The notes below the pieces were generated by a model. It searched no databases and had not been told where the DNA came from. It saw only the letters and a program-made list of their open reading frames with translations. This document shows, piece by piece, positions 28,047 to 38,058 of a DNA stretch of 64,000 nucleotides (position 1 is the stretch's first letter; each line of letters begins with the position of its first letter). The position numbers and the translations under genes were made by a program. Source of the DNA: an uncultured Gammaproteobacteria bacterium (GTDB lineage Bacteria > Patescibacteriota > Patescibacteriia > Magasanikbacterales > GWA2-37-8); contig CAZHYJ010000001.1 of NCBI GenBank assembly GCA_964536725.1, positions 121,081-185,080 on the forward strand. The letters run 5' to 3'.

Positions 28047-31000
28047 TGTTTGCGTTTTGGATTGTTTTGGGTTAAAATAGACCGGCTAAGCTTTAAGAAA
28101 CAATCTGCTGTTATGTCCGATTTTGTTCATCTGCACGTCCATAGCCACTATTCACTATTGGACGCCGTGCCGAAAATTGACGAGTTAGTTAAGGCCGCTA
28201 AAAAGCGGGGTTTTTCGGCGTTGGCTTTGACTGATCACGGTAACATGTATGGCGCGATTGAGTTTTATGAAACTTGTTTAAAAGAAGGTATCAAACCGAT
28301 TATCGGTGTGGAAGCATATGTTGCACCCGTTAGTCGTCTCGATAAAAATACTAATGAGCGTTACAACCATTTGGTTTTGTTGGCGCTTGATTATACTGGC
28401 TATAGAAACCTGATGAAGCTGGTATCAATCTCCAACATGGAAGGTTTTTACTATAAACCGCGAATGGACAAAGAGATCTTGCGTCAGTATCACGAAGGGT
28501 TAGTAGCATCCACCGCCTGTCTGGGCGGAGAAATTCCACGTTTGTTACAGGCCAATAATTACGAAGGAGCAAAAAAGGCGGCGCTTGAATATCAAGATAT
28601 TTTTGGCGAAGGGAATTTTTTCTTAGAATTGATGGATTTGCCCGCGAACGAAGGGCAGAACGAAGTGAATAGTCAATTAATTCAGCTTTCCAAAGACACT
28701 GGTATTCCGGTGATTGTGACGCGTGATGTGCACTACCTTAATCCAGAAGACTCTGAAGCACAAGATATTTTAACCTGTATCCGTGATGGACGAACTTTGG
28801 AAGAGCCAGATCGACAATCAATGAGCGGTATTGATTGCTCAATGGCAACGGGTAAAGATATTGCTAGTCGATTCAAACATATTCCCGAAGCCTTGGCGAA
28901 TACTGTAAAATTGGCCGATCGGGTAGATCTGAAATTGGAGTTGAACAAATGGAATTTCCCGCACGTGGATTTGCCAGAAGGGAAAACCGCCGATGAATAT
29001 TTGTGTGATTTAGTTTTTGAAAAACTGGCTAAGTTGATTGAGATAACTGAGGAAGTAAAAAAACGGGCAGAATATGAATTGGATATTATCGCCAAAAAAG
29101 GTTACTCACCATATTTCTTAGTAGTAGCGGATTACGTTAATTACGCACGTACGCACGACATTGTAGAAACTACTCGTGGATCAGGTGCCGGTTCAATCGT
29201 CGCCTATGCGATGGGTATCACTACGGTAAACCCGTTATATTTTAAACTTCCATTTGAACGCTTTTTAAATCCATTCCGCCCCTCACCACCCGATATCGAT
29301 GCGGATTTTGCCGACGATCGTCGTGATGATATGATTGCCTATGTTACCGAAAAATATGGGGCAGACAAAGTGGCGCAGATTATCACTTTCGGAACGATGG
29401 CTGCACGCGGTTCAATTCGCGATGTTGGTCGCGCGCTCGGCTACTCATATTCTTTTTGTGATCAAGTATCAAAGTTGATTCCGTTTGGCGCACAAGGCTT
29501 CCAGATGACAATTGCGAAGGCTTTGACTTTGGAACCGGAATTAAAAAAGAAATATAACGAAGATAGTCAGGTGCATCGTTTGATTGATTTGGCACAAAGG
29601 ATTGAAGGTTGTGCTCGTCACACTTCGATCCATGCGGCGGGCGTGGTGATTTCGAATGCACCCTTAACCGACTACACTCCGATACAACGTGAGGTTGGAG
29701 GAGAGCGTGTTACTACCCAATATGAAATGCATGCAGTGGAAGCGGCGGGTGTTTTGAAGATGGACTTTTTAGGTATCCGCAACCTGTCCATTTTGGGGCA
29801 CGCAGTGGAAATTATTGAAAAAACTACTGGTACAAAAATTGATATTTTTAAACTACCGTGGGATGATAAAAAAACCTACGAGATGTTAGCGCGTGGCGAA
29901 ACCATGGGTGTGTTTCAGTTGTCTAGTTCAGGTATGACGCGCTATTTACGCGAGCTTAAACCCAGCACCATCTTTGATATCATGGCGATGGTGGCACTTT
30001 TTCGTCCGGGTCCAATGGAACAGATTCCGGAATATATCCGACGCAAACATCATCCCGAAACGATTGAATATCTCGACCCCCGCATGGAGGACTATTTAGA
30101 TCAATCACTCGGCTTGATTGTTTATCAGGACGATGTGTTGTTAACTGCTATTAATTTAGGTGGATACAATTGGGAAGAGGCGGATAAGTTTCGAAAAGCG
30201 ATGGGTAAAAAAATTCCGGAAGAGATGGCTAAACAGAAAGAGAAGTTTTATAAAGGCTGTCGCGATTTTGGCAAGGTACCAAATGACAAAATTAATCGTT
30301 TGTGGGAATTAATTGAACCATTCGCGGCTTACGGGTTCAACAAGGCGCATGCTGCGAGTTATGGCATGGTAGCCTATCAAACCGCTTATTTGAAAGCCAA
30401 TTATCCCGTGCAATATATGACGGCGGTTTTGATTGCTGAATCGGGAGACATGGATAAGGTACCGGAAATTATTCATGAGTGTGAACACATGGGCGTCAAA
30501 GTGATGCCGCCGGATGTGAATGAGAGTTTTAAAAATTTCGCGATGGTGGGTTGGGAAAATGGCGGAACGGCACATATTCGTTTTGGTTTGAGTGGTATTA
30601 AAAATTTAGGCGAACACATCGCTGATGTTATTTACCGGGAAAGAAAGGCGAATGGTCGCTACCAAAATTTTGAAGAATTTCTCAAACGTGTGCAGGACAA
30701 GGACTTGAACAAAAAATCTTTAGAGAGTTTGATCAAATGTGGCGCGCTAGACGGTTTCGGATATGATCGGGGAGTGCTTTTGTCGAATAGTGAAAATATT
30801 CTTTCCTTTGTTCATCAATCAGATGCGCAAAAAAATACCCAACAAAATTCTTTGTTTGCCAATTCGACTATTGATCTATCCATGAAGTTGCGATTGGACC
30901 CAGGACCAGAAGCAACGGAAGATGAAAAACTGACCTGGGAGAAAGCGCTTTTGGGGTTATATATTACCGCTCATCCGTTTACTAAATTTCAGGAAGTATT

Positions 31001-31592
31001 GGGTAATATTTTGGTACCAATTAAAGAGCTGCCACAACAACCGAGAAATGCGTGGGTGGTAGTTGGTGGGGTGATTGATTCTACGAAAAAGAAAATCACC
31101 CGTTCGGGTAAGGCGATGATGTTTGTGACTATTCAAGATATTAGCAGCACTTTAGAGTTGTTGGTTTTTCCGAAGACTTATGAAATCACCAAGGATGTAT
31201 GGGTGGAAGGAAGAATTGTGTGTGTAATGGGCAAGACTTCGGAAGATGAAGAAGATGACAAGTTATTTGTAGAAAAAGCGTTTGAGATTACTCCGGATAA
31301 TGTACGCGCGCTGGCGTCACAATTGTCAGGGTATGCCAAGGCGAGTCCGGTGTCGGCTCCTCAGCCAGCAAAACCAACCGAATGGTATCAGAAATTTTTT
31401 GATCGAGTGGAAATAGCTGTGCCACCGGCGATAATTAAAACTCGTGCGGATGATATTAAGGCAGTCTTTGCCAAATATCCGGGTGACAAGGTGGTATTTT
31501 TAAATGTAGGGGATAAAAAAATAAAAACCTCCTTTAAGGTGGAGGTTAGCGATGAATTGTTAAGTGAGTTGAAGACGTTGTTATCGGCCTAG
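28029..31592 (+). CDS. dnaE: DNA polymerase III alpha subunit; likely start at the ATG at 28113
   Basis: PHP domain HLHVHSHYSLLD, followed by polymerase core, HhH and OB domains; 1187 aa. Confidence 0.9.
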   Translation: MGSVFLCLRFGLFWVKIDRLSFKKQSAVMSDFVHLHVHSHYSLLDAVPKIDELVKAAKKRGFSALALTDHGNMYGAIEFYETCLKEGIKPIIGVEAYVAPVSRLDKNTNERYNHLVLLALDYTGYRNLMKLVSISNMEGFYYKPRMDKEILRQYHEGLVASTACLGGEIPRLLQANNYEGAKKAALEYQDIFGEGNFFLELMDLPANEGQNEVNSQLIQLSKDTGIPVIVTRDVHYLNPEDSEAQDILTCIRDGRTLEEPDRQSMSGIDCSMATGKDIASRFKHIPEALANTVKLADRVDLKLELNKWNFPHVDLPEGKTADEYLCDLVFEKLAKLIEITEEVKKRAEYELDIIAKKGYSPYFLVVADYVNYARTHDIVETTRGSGAGSIVAYAMGITTVNPLYFKLPFERFLNPFRPSPPDIDADFADDRRDDMIAYVTEKYGADKVAQIITFGTMAARGSIRDVGRALGYSYSFCDQVSKLIPFGAQGFQMTIAKALTLEPELKKKYNEDSQVHRLIDLAQRIEGCARHTSIHAAGVVISNAPLTDYTPIQREVGGERVTTQYEMHAVEAAGVLKMDFLGIRNLSILGHAVEIIEKTTGTKIDIFKLPWDDKKTYEMLARGETMGVFQLSSSGMTRYLRELKPSTIFDIMAMVALFRPGPMEQIPEYIRRKHHPETIEYLDPRMEDYLDQSLGLIVYQDDVLLTAINLGGYNWEEADKFRKAMGKKIPEEMAKQKEKFYKGCRDFGKVPNDKINRLWELIEPFAAYGFNKAHAASYGMVAYQTAYLKANYPVQYMTAVLIAESGDMDKVPEIIHECEHMGVKVMPPDVNESFKNFAMVGWENGGTAHIRFGLSGIKNLGEHIADVIYRERKANGRYQNFEEFLKRVQDKDLNKKSLESLIKCGALDGFGYDRGVLLSNSENILSFVHQSDAQKNTQQNSLFANSTIDLSMKLRLDPGPEATEDEKLTWEKALLGLYITAHPFTKFQEVLGNILVPIKELPQQPRNAWVVVGGVIDSTKKKITRSGKAMMFVTIQDISSTLELLVFPKTYEITKDVWVEGRIVCVMGKTSEDEEDDKLFVEKAFEITPDNVRALASQLSGYAKASPVSAPQPAKPTEWYQKFFDRVEIAVPPAIIKTRADDIKAVFAKYPGDKVVFLNVGDKKIKTSFKVEVSDELLSELKTLLSA

Positions 31593-32582
31593 TTCCCAAT
31601 TAGGATTAGCGCGAAGACTTTGCCAATTGGCGAAGTCTTTTTTTAGAGTTTGGTTGTATCCAGCGACGGCAATCATAGCGGCGTTGTCCATACAATATTT
31701 AATCGCTGGGGTGCGGAATTGGGGGGTGGGTGATAAGGTTGCGATGGTGTCGGTTAGTACCTGGCGTAATTTTTTGTTGGCCGCTACACCACCGCAGAGA
31801 ATAATGGTTTGGGGTTTAAATTCTTTGGCCGCTTTTATTGTTTTACCAACCAATACGTCGATTATCGCCTGTTCGAAAGAAGCGCAAAAATCGTTAGTGG
31901 AAGTTATTTCATTATCTCTCAACCAATACAATGCCGCCGTTTTTAATCCAGAAAAACTAAAACTGTAATCATCGCTTCTTAACATCGGTCGAGGAAAATC
32001 GATTGCTCTGGTATTGCCGGTTTCTGCCAAGCGAGAAACTTGTGGTCCACCTGGATAGGGAAGGCCAAGTAATTTCGCCACCTTATCAAAACATTCACCT
32101 GCCGCATCGTCCAAGGTTGCGCCCAGTAGTTTTTGGTCACCCAGTTCGTTAATCAACATTAATTCGGTATGTCCACCGCTGGCGATTAAAGCGAGTGCTG
32201 GGTAAGATATTTTTTCTGCCTCAATTTCCGCGGCGTGGATATGTCCACTGATATGATTAACCGAAACCAGAGGAATATTTTTTGCCCAACACAAAGCACG
32301 TGCGGCTTCGGTGCCAACAATTAACCCGGTTATCAGTCCTGGTCCAGAAGTTACAGTGACGGCATCGGGGTCGGGCTGGTCTTTTAAAACTTCCTCAATC
32401 AAAGGAACAATCTTTTCTGCATGCATTCGGCCGGCAATCTCCGGTACCACTCCACCATATTTTTGGTGGATCTCAATTTGTGAGGCGGTAATTTCTTTAA
32501 TAGCAAAACAACCCTTGGCGGAGCAATCCATTAGGGCCACGGAGGTGTCATCGCAAGATGATTCAATACCGAGAATGCGCAT
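31581..32582 (-). CDS. tsaD: tRNA N6-adenosine threonylcarbamoyltransferase TsaD (Kae1/Gcp)
   Basis: MRILGIESSCDDTSVAL and HxxGH metal-binding motifs. Confidence 0.9.
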   Translation of the reverse strand: MRILGIESSCDDTSVALMDCSAKGCFAIKEITASQIEIHQKYGGVVPEIAGRMHAEKIVPLIEEVLKDQPDPDAVTVTSGPGLITGLIVGTEAARALCWAKNIPLVSVNHISGHIHAAEIEAEKISYPALALIASGGHTELMLINELGDQKLLGATLDDAAGECFDKVAKLLGLPYPGGPQVSRLAETGNTRAIDFPRPMLRSDDYSFSFSGLKTAALYWLRDNEITSTNDFCASFEQAIIDVLVGKTIKAAKEFKPQTIILCGGVAANKKLRQVLTDTIATLSPTPQFRTPAIKYCMDNAAMIAVAGYNQTLKKDFANWQSLRANPNWELGR

Positions 32583-32591
32583 ATAATAATG

Positions 32592-32665
32592 TGTCAGAGG
32601 AGAGGATCGAACTCTCGACCTTAGCGTTATGAGTGCTACGCTCTAACCAACTGAGCTACTCTGAC
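32592..32665 (-). tRNA. tRNA-Met (anticodon CAT; elongator Met or lysidine-modified Ile2)
   Basis: Reverse complement GTCAGAGTAGCTCAGTTGGTTAGAGCGTAGCACTCATAACGCTAAGGTCGAGAGTTCGATCCTCTCCTCTGACA folds as a cloverleaf with a 7 bp acceptor stem, a GCTC/GAGC D-stem, the CTCATAA anticodon loop and a TTCGATC T-loop. Confidence 0.8.
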
Positions 32666-32770
32666 AAAAAGATAATCAGTATATTAATACAAAAACAGGT
32701 AAAAGTCAATGTTTTTTACTTAACAAAAATCCCGACCAATTTGGCCGGGATTTGAATATTGTCGAGAAAC

Positions 32771-33052
32771 TTACAAAACAGCTTCTTTAGCAGCTTTGGC
32801 AACGCGGAATTTAACCACGGTCTTAGCTGGGATGTTGATACTCTCGTTGGTTGCTGGATTGCGACCAATACGAGCAGCACGCTGCATTTTCACCAATTTG
32901 CCAAGACCTGGCACGATGAATACACCACTCTTCTTCACCTCTTTGTAAGCCAACGTTACCATTGCGTCCATGAAGCCTGCAACGTCTTTTTTACTTAGGC
33001 CAGTTGTTTCTGCCATTGCAGAGATCAAGGCCGACTTGGTTAGACCTGCCAT
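32771..33052 (-). CDS. HU/IHF-family DNA-binding protein
   Basis: 93 aa. RAARIGRNPATNESINIPA matches the HU arm motif R.AR.GRNP.T...I.IPA. Confidence 0.8.
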   Translation of the reverse strand: MAGLTKSALISAMAETTGLSKKDVAGFMDAMVTLAYKEVKKSGVFIVPGLGKLVKMQRAARIGRNPATNESINIPAKTVVKFRVAKAAKEAVL

Positions 33053-33077
33053 AATTTTTATGGTTAAGAATAAAAAC

Positions 33078-33671
33078 CTAATTTATGGGGATATTATACA
33101 CTTTTTTCAAAAAGGGCGCAATAGGGGGCAGGTTGGAGGGGTTGTGTATAAAAACACCAATCAATAACCATGTCAATCCGACCAGGTATCCGACCAAAAC
33201 ATCGCTGGTATAATGTACCCCCAGATATAGGCGGCTAAAACCAATAGCCACTATTAAAACAAAGGTAACAGATATGATTAGTAAACGCAGTAACAAACTT
33301 TTTGTATTTTTAAATAATAAATAGGCGAGGAAACCATAGAATGCGACGGCAATGGTGGCGTGTCCGCTTGGGAAAGAGTTAGAAGTTTCTAAAATAGCAG
33401 CATTAAGTGGTCTTGGTCGGTCAAAAATTAATTTGGCAATAAAAGTGGATCCAGCGCTACCAGCGACAACGACCCAAAGCACAATGGACTGCCACTTTTT
33501 GTGGGCCAACCACAAAAGAATGAATGTTATTAGCGTGAGTGCTATTATCGTGGTACTTTCACCTAAAAAAGTTATCCAAGAAAATATTTTTAGTGCCGTG
33601 GTGTTGCGGGCATTATACAAGAGCGTGTTAACCCACATATCAAAACGCATGATTGTTTCAAATAGGTTCAT
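33078..33671 (-). CDS. PAP2-family membrane phosphatase (undecaprenyl-PP/phosphatidic acid phosphatase-like)
   Basis: KX6RP-like and PSGH motifs (NSFPSGHATIAVAF) plus TM helices. Confidence 0.7.
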   Translation of the reverse strand: MNLFETIMRFDMWVNTLLYNARNTTALKIFSWITFLGESTTIIALTLITFILLWLAHKKWQSIVLWVVVAGSAGSTFIAKLIFDRPRPLNAAILETSNSFPSGHATIAVAFYGFLAYLLFKNTKSLLLRLLIISVTFVLIVAIGFSRLYLGVHYTSDVLVGYLVGLTWLLIGVFIHNPSNLPPIAPFLKKVYNIPIN

Positions 33672-33784
33672 AATTTTTTAGTGGTTGTTTAAGGTGTCTG
33701 GGACGTATTTAATTTTAACACAATAACCGGATAATCGGAAGGCGAACTGTTCATGTTTACAGTTATCCATTTTTTTGGTATTCT

Positions 33785-35554
33785 TTGCCTGTTATGGCCA
33801 CGCTTTTAAATATTGAAAAATTGGCAAAATCCTACGGCCCGCGTGTTATTTTTAAAGACGTTACTTTTGCTGTTAATGAAAAACAAAAAATCGGCCTCAT
33901 CGGTCGCAATGGTGCAGGTAAGTCAACTTTGCTACGCATGATTCTTGGGGATGAGGAGGTAGATTCGGGTACGATATTTTTGCACGATATTGTACGTCTG
34001 GGCTATGTGGAACAACATGAAAAAATTGATCTCACCCAAACAGCTTTGAGTTATTTAGAAACGCAAACCAACCAACCAGCCTGGCAATGTGCAAAAGTGG
34101 CCGGTAAATTTGAATTAAAACCATATCATTTAGATCAGACTATTTCTGAGTTGTCCGGTGGCTATCGGATGCGTTTAAAGCTGGCATGCATGTTGCTCAA
34201 AGATCCAAATTTGTTTTTGCTGGATGAGCCGACCAATTACCTCGATGTGCATACCCAAATTTTATTAGAAAAGTTTTTGCAAAATTACAACGGTGCTTTT
34301 ATCATCGTTTCGCACGACCGTGAATTTCTTAAACGCACCTGTGAACAGACTTTGGAAATTGAACAGGGTGGTATCATCTTTTACCCACGGCCGATCGATG
34401 AATATTTAGAATACAAAAAAGAACGGTTGGTTTCGATTGAAAGTTATAACAAAAAAATTGACCGTGAGCAAAAACATTTGCAAGATTTCGTTGACCGTTT
34501 TCGCTACAAAGCCAGTAAAGCAAAGCAGGTGCAGAGTAAATTGAAAGCGATTGATCGTTTGGAAAAAATTGCGGTGAATGATCCGTTGGCGAATGTGCGT
34601 ATTAGTATTCCGGGAGTGGAGGATAGAAAGGGGATATTGTTCCGGGCGAAAGATTTGGTTATCGGCTATCCAGAAAAAACGGTAGCGACGAAGATAAATT
34701 TGGATATTGAGCGCAAAGAAAAAATTGCGGTTATCGGTGATAACGGTCAGGGCAAGACGACGTTGCTAAAAACTTTTGCCTCGGTTTTGTCACCGATCAG
34801 TGGTGTATATAAATGGGCGCCGGATACAAAGATTGCTTATTATGCTCAGCATGTGCCAGCAGAATTGGATAGTGCAGAGCTGGTTTGGAGATATTTGCGC
34901 AATAGTGCGCCGCTCGACATTGACGACGAGGAAGTAAAACGCATGGCGGGTAATTTTTTGTTTGATCGTGATGAATTAGAGAAAAATATTTCGATGTTGA
35001 GTGGTGGCGAACGCGCGCGACTTTGTCTGGCGGGATTGCTTTTAACCAAGAGCAATGTTTTACTATTGGATGAACCAACCAACCATTTGGATTTTGAAAC
35101 TGTAGAGGCGCTCGGTCGGGCACTGCGAAATTTTGTTGGTACAGTTATTTTTATCAGTCACAACCGAACTTTTGTAAACTCTATTGCCACTACTATCATA
35201 GAAGTAAAAGATGGGGGAGTCTTGCGCTATCCCGGTAGTTATGAGGATTATATCTATTACCTAGAAAATTCGGCAGCGCCAGTAAAGGTTGAAAAAGATG
35301 TTGAGACTGTCGAAGCAGTGGTTGCTCAACCAAAACAAATAGATGAACTTAAAAAACAAAAAAAGGAATTAAAAAAACTAGAGGAAGAAATTGTTGAATT
35401 AGAAAAAGAGAAAAATCGTCTAGCGAGAAAGCAAGCGAAAAATCCGGCTAAATTTGCGCATGAAGGCTATGTCCGTTTGGGTGAGGTGATAAAGATCATA
35501 GAAACCAAAGAAGCGGAGTGGATTAAATTGGAAGAATTAGTGGGTAAAAATTAA
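33785..35554 (+). CDS. ABC-F family ATPase (two tandem ABC domains, no TM domain)
   Basis: Two Walker A motifs (GRNGAGKST; GDNGQGKTT), two ABC signatures (LSGGYRMRL; LSGGERARL) and a C-terminal coiled coil. Confidence 0.85.
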   Translation: MPVMATLLNIEKLAKSYGPRVIFKDVTFAVNEKQKIGLIGRNGAGKSTLLRMILGDEEVDSGTIFLHDIVRLGYVEQHEKIDLTQTALSYLETQTNQPAWQCAKVAGKFELKPYHLDQTISELSGGYRMRLKLACMLLKDPNLFLLDEPTNYLDVHTQILLEKFLQNYNGAFIIVSHDREFLKRTCEQTLEIEQGGIIFYPRPIDEYLEYKKERLVSIESYNKKIDREQKHLQDFVDRFRYKASKAKQVQSKLKAIDRLEKIAVNDPLANVRISIPGVEDRKGILFRAKDLVIGYPEKTVATKINLDIERKEKIAVIGDNGQGKTTLLKTFASVLSPISGVYKWAPDTKIAYYAQHVPAELDSAELVWRYLRNSAPLDIDDEEVKRMAGNFLFDRDELEKNISMLSGGERARLCLAGLLLTKSNVLLLDEPTNHLDFETVEALGRALRNFVGTVIFISHNRTFVNSIATTIIEVKDGGVLRYPGSYEDYIYYLENSAAPVKVEKDVETVEAVVAQPKQIDELKKQKKELKKLEEEIVELEKEKNRLARKQAKNPAKFAHEGYVRLGEVIKIIETKEAEWIKLEELVGKN

Positions 35555-35567
35555 AGTAAAAATGAAG

Positions 35568-35595
35568 AGGGCGGAGCCGTAGTCGGCTCCGCCCT
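35568..35595. terminator. strong GC hairpin (bidirectional terminator) at the boundary of the GC-rich islet
   Basis: agggcggagccg-tagt-cggctccgccct is a 12 bp perfect stem, flanked by tttg on the plus strand and A runs on the minus strand. Confidence 0.55.
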
Positions 35596-35611
35596 TTGTT
35601 GTTCTCCTTTT

Positions 35612-36421
35612 TTAGCAGTTGATGATTCGCGTCGAGCGGTTGGCCAGCGCCAGCAGCTCTTCGTTTGTGTAGGTCTTGTGCACGACTTCCTTCCAGTCGT
35701 GACCCGCAAAGTTCGGGTCGAACGGGTTGACCGATCGAACCCAGCCCATGTGGGGCAGGACATGTTTGGAGTCGAACGGGTCGACCCGAGTGTAGTGTAT
35801 CACCTGACCGTTGCCGATCTTGAACCATGCCGGGTCCTCGATGTCGAGTGCATGGTATTCGTCGGCCATTATCCGGTCGAAGGTGACACGCAAGGCACGC
35901 ATGACGTCGCCGTGTGATACGATGATTACCTTCTTGTCCGCGAGCTCCCGGTGAAGGGTGCTGAGGATATTGTTGCGGAGTCGGTCACAGGTATCCGCCA
36001 TGGACTCTCCGTCAGGCCAGGGGGCGTAGAACAGATGTCGCCTCCGGTAAGCCAGATAGTCGGCGAACTGTTCCTGACGGACATCATCGGGGATGATGTC
36101 GACGCGTCCGTGGTCGCGTTCGCGGAGCTGGAAGTCAACGTACCAGTCAGCACCGGGGAGGTTGAGCAGGGCGGCAGTTTCGAGAGCGCGGGCGTACTCG
36201 GAGACGTAGTGGCGGTCGAACTGTGCCAGGCCGTTGTCCTTCAACCACTGCCCAGCAGCCTTGGCCTGCGCCTTGCCTTTCTCGGTGAGGCGGAGTCTGG
36301 CACTGTGGCGGTTGAGGAACTCGGGAGTGAAATCCCGGTTGTCCCCGTCGCGCGAGTGCTTGTTGGCGATGTTGCCCTCAGACTCGCCGTGACGAATCAG
36401 TACCAAGTCGAGCGGAAGCAT
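35612..36421 (-). CDS. histidine phosphatase superfamily protein (phosphoglycerate mutase-like), encoded in a GC-rich islet
   Basis: N-terminal LIRHGESEGN (RHG catalytic motif) and a later SHGDVMRAL; 269 aa. Local GC is about 58%, against about 38-40% in the flanks. Confidence 0.7.
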   Translation of the reverse strand: MLPLDLVLIRHGESEGNIANKHSRDGDNRDFTPEFLNRHSARLRLTEKGKAQAKAAGQWLKDNGLAQFDRHYVSEYARALETAALLNLPGADWYVDFQLRERDHGRVDIIPDDVRQEQFADYLAYRRRHLFYAPWPDGESMADTCDRLRNNILSTLHRELADKKVIIVSHGDVMRALRVTFDRIMADEYHALDIEDPAWFKIGNGQVIHYTRVDPFDSKHVLPHMGWVRSVNPFDPNFAGHDWKEVVHKTYTNEELLALANRSTRIINC

Positions 36422-36514
36422 GTGTACTCCTGCGTTTTTAGAGATCTGGCGAGATGTTACTATATTAGAAGTAAATAGTCAAAGGCTTAGTTTAGTTGAG
36501 AGTGTAAAAACCAC

Positions 36515-36541
36515 GTTGACAGTTAACTGTTGACTGTCAAC
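36515..36541. promoter_or_regulatory. 27 bp palindrome gttgacagttaactgttgactgtcaac (candidate operator or recombination site) adjacent to the GC-rich islet
   Basis: Two 9 bp arms, gttgacagt and actgtcaac, flank the central cagttaactg; it contains two TTGACA hexamers. Confidence 0.35.
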
Positions 36542-36560
36542 CTTTCTTGGTTTATCAATA

Positions 36561-36657
36561 AAACAAAAAAGAGACTTTGTTTTCACAAAATCCCTTTTGG
36601 TAGACCACCCCATTGACCGTTGGAACCTTTTCTTTAGGGAGATAAAGGAATGGGCTA
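36561..36657. repeat. modular intergenic element, copy A (aaaacaaaaa box + hairpin + conserved gtagaccac...ccattgaccgttggaacctttt block)
   Basis: Shares a block of about 55 nt, ~85% identical with a 22 nt perfect run, with copy B at 38100-38155. On the minus strand it reads as a hairpin plus gtttttgtttt immediately after the MTase stop codon. Confidence 0.6.
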
Positions 36658-36666
36658 ATTTAATTT

Positions 36667-37284
36667 CTACTTTTTCTTTGCCAGTATGATTAGTTTGTTG
36701 TAAGGTAGCTCTCCTTTTAGGTGTGGTGTTTTTTTATCAACAGACAAAATTTCAAAATCAGATGACAATATTTGTTTGGCCTGTTCTTCTGTGTAAAGAT
36801 TTAGAAATAGTTTTTCACCAGGTAATAAAGGCTCGTCTACAAATACTTCGCCTTCTCCTTCCTGTAATATCAAAAAAATAATCCCACTTGTTTTTAATAG
36901 TGAAGTGATTTTTTCTATAATTTTTGAAACATCCTTCTTCTCTAGATGAAATAGGGAATATGCCAGAGATATTCCGTCAAAAGTGTCGTTAAAGTTTATT
37001 TTCCGAATATCTCCTAATCTAAAGTCGATTTTAGGATATTTGTTTTTTGCTATCTCCAGCATTTTTGGTGACAAATCAACACCTGTTACGTCAAATCCTT
37101 TATCGAAATAATATGAGGTGACTCTACCTGTACCACACCCCAAATCTAAAATTTTATTTCCGGTGGTAATTTTTGATAAAAATTTATCCATGTATGGGTT
37201 ATCTGATAGGTCATTATCAAAAAGGTTGGCGTATTGAGTTGCAATTTTGTTATATACATCTATAGAACTTTTTGAGTTATCCAT
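36667..37284 (-). CDS. class I SAM-dependent methyltransferase (Methyltransf_11/UbiE-like)
   Basis: Motif I ILDLGCGTGRVT, then post I DVTGVDLS, motif II/III. Confidence 0.7.
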   Translation of the reverse strand: MDNSKSSIDVYNKIATQYANLFDNDLSDNPYMDKFLSKITTGNKILDLGCGTGRVTSYYFDKGFDVTGVDLSPKMLEIAKNKYPKIDFRLGDIRKINFNDTFDGISLAYSLFHLEKKDVSKIIEKITSLLKTSGIIFLILQEGEGEVFVDEPLLPGEKLFLNLYTEEQAKQILSSDFEILSVDKKTPHLKGELPYNKLIILAKKK

Positions 37285-37435
37285 ATAATAATTTATTTTA
37301 ATATATTTTACATGAGTTTATATTCAAAATCAAACAACAAATTTAGTAAGTTCGATTATAGTTCGGTCATTCAAGTGTTTTGGCTAAAATATCACGTTCC
37401 ATAAAAAGCGTAATCGAACCCGATATTTTCTCTAT

Positions 37436-37500
37436 AACAAAACAAAAACTTCACTTAATTAAGTGAAGTTTTTGAGTGGTAGACCCTACCGAGACGCTAG
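37436..37500. repeat. modular intergenic element, copy C (degenerate)
   Basis: aaaacaaaaac + hairpin ttcacttaattaagtgaa + gtttttgagtggtagacc shares the A-box, a hairpin and the gtagacc box with copies A and B. Confidence 0.45.
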
Positions 37501-37526
37501 GCAAACTTTTTTTAAATTAATTAGCG

Positions 37527-37961
37527 CTACATGTTCTTTAAATTATCCACAATAGATTGGGCAGCTTCAACTTGCTTTTTGTATAATTCAAAGCCTTCAT
37601 TAGAATCGACCAGTTTTCTCGCGGTATTAACTTTGGCTTCTAAAACAAGTACAGCGTTTTTCATTTCAGAAATTCTTCGTTGCTGATTTTTATATCCCCC
37701 ACCATACTTCTCATCCTCATGAAATACAATAATAAAACTGTTGCGAAACAATTCAATATCTGTTTTAATTTCACTTATAGCTTTTTGAATAGAGGAAAAA
37801 TCTGGTGCTGTTTCCTGAAATAAATCGTTTCCTTCAAAAAAACGTTTACTTATTTCCTCTAATTTTGACTCTTCGGCTGTGACTTTCACATCACCTGTTG
37901 CCACTTCTACTGGAGGATGCCAATTTGCATGATCCTCATTTCCAAGTATTTTATCAATCAT
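37527..37961 (-). CDS. hypothetical protein
   Basis: 144 aa ORF with no recognisable motif, bracketed by copies B and C of the modular element. Confidence 0.3.
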   Translation of the reverse strand: MIDKILGNEDHANWHPPVEVATGDVKVTAEESKLEEISKRFFEGNDLFQETAPDFSSIQKAISEIKTDIELFRNSFIIVFHEDEKYGGGYKNQQRRISEMKNAVLVLEAKVNTARKLVDSNEGFELYKKQVEAAQSIVDNLKNM

Positions 37962-38058
37962 ATAAGTATATATTTTATATTAACATTATATATAATAATA
38001 TCATTTTGTAATGTTAAACGCAATACTTCGAATGGCAAACTCTATTTCTTCTCTTAAC

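Noticed and set aside
35523-36478. Multiple overlapping ORFs in all frames (35523-35828, 35551-35763, 35926-36153, 35951-36478) within the GC-rich islet
   Set aside because: High-GC DNA has few stop codons in any frame. Only the 35612-36421 minus frame carries a recognisable domain (the histidine phosphatase RHG motif).
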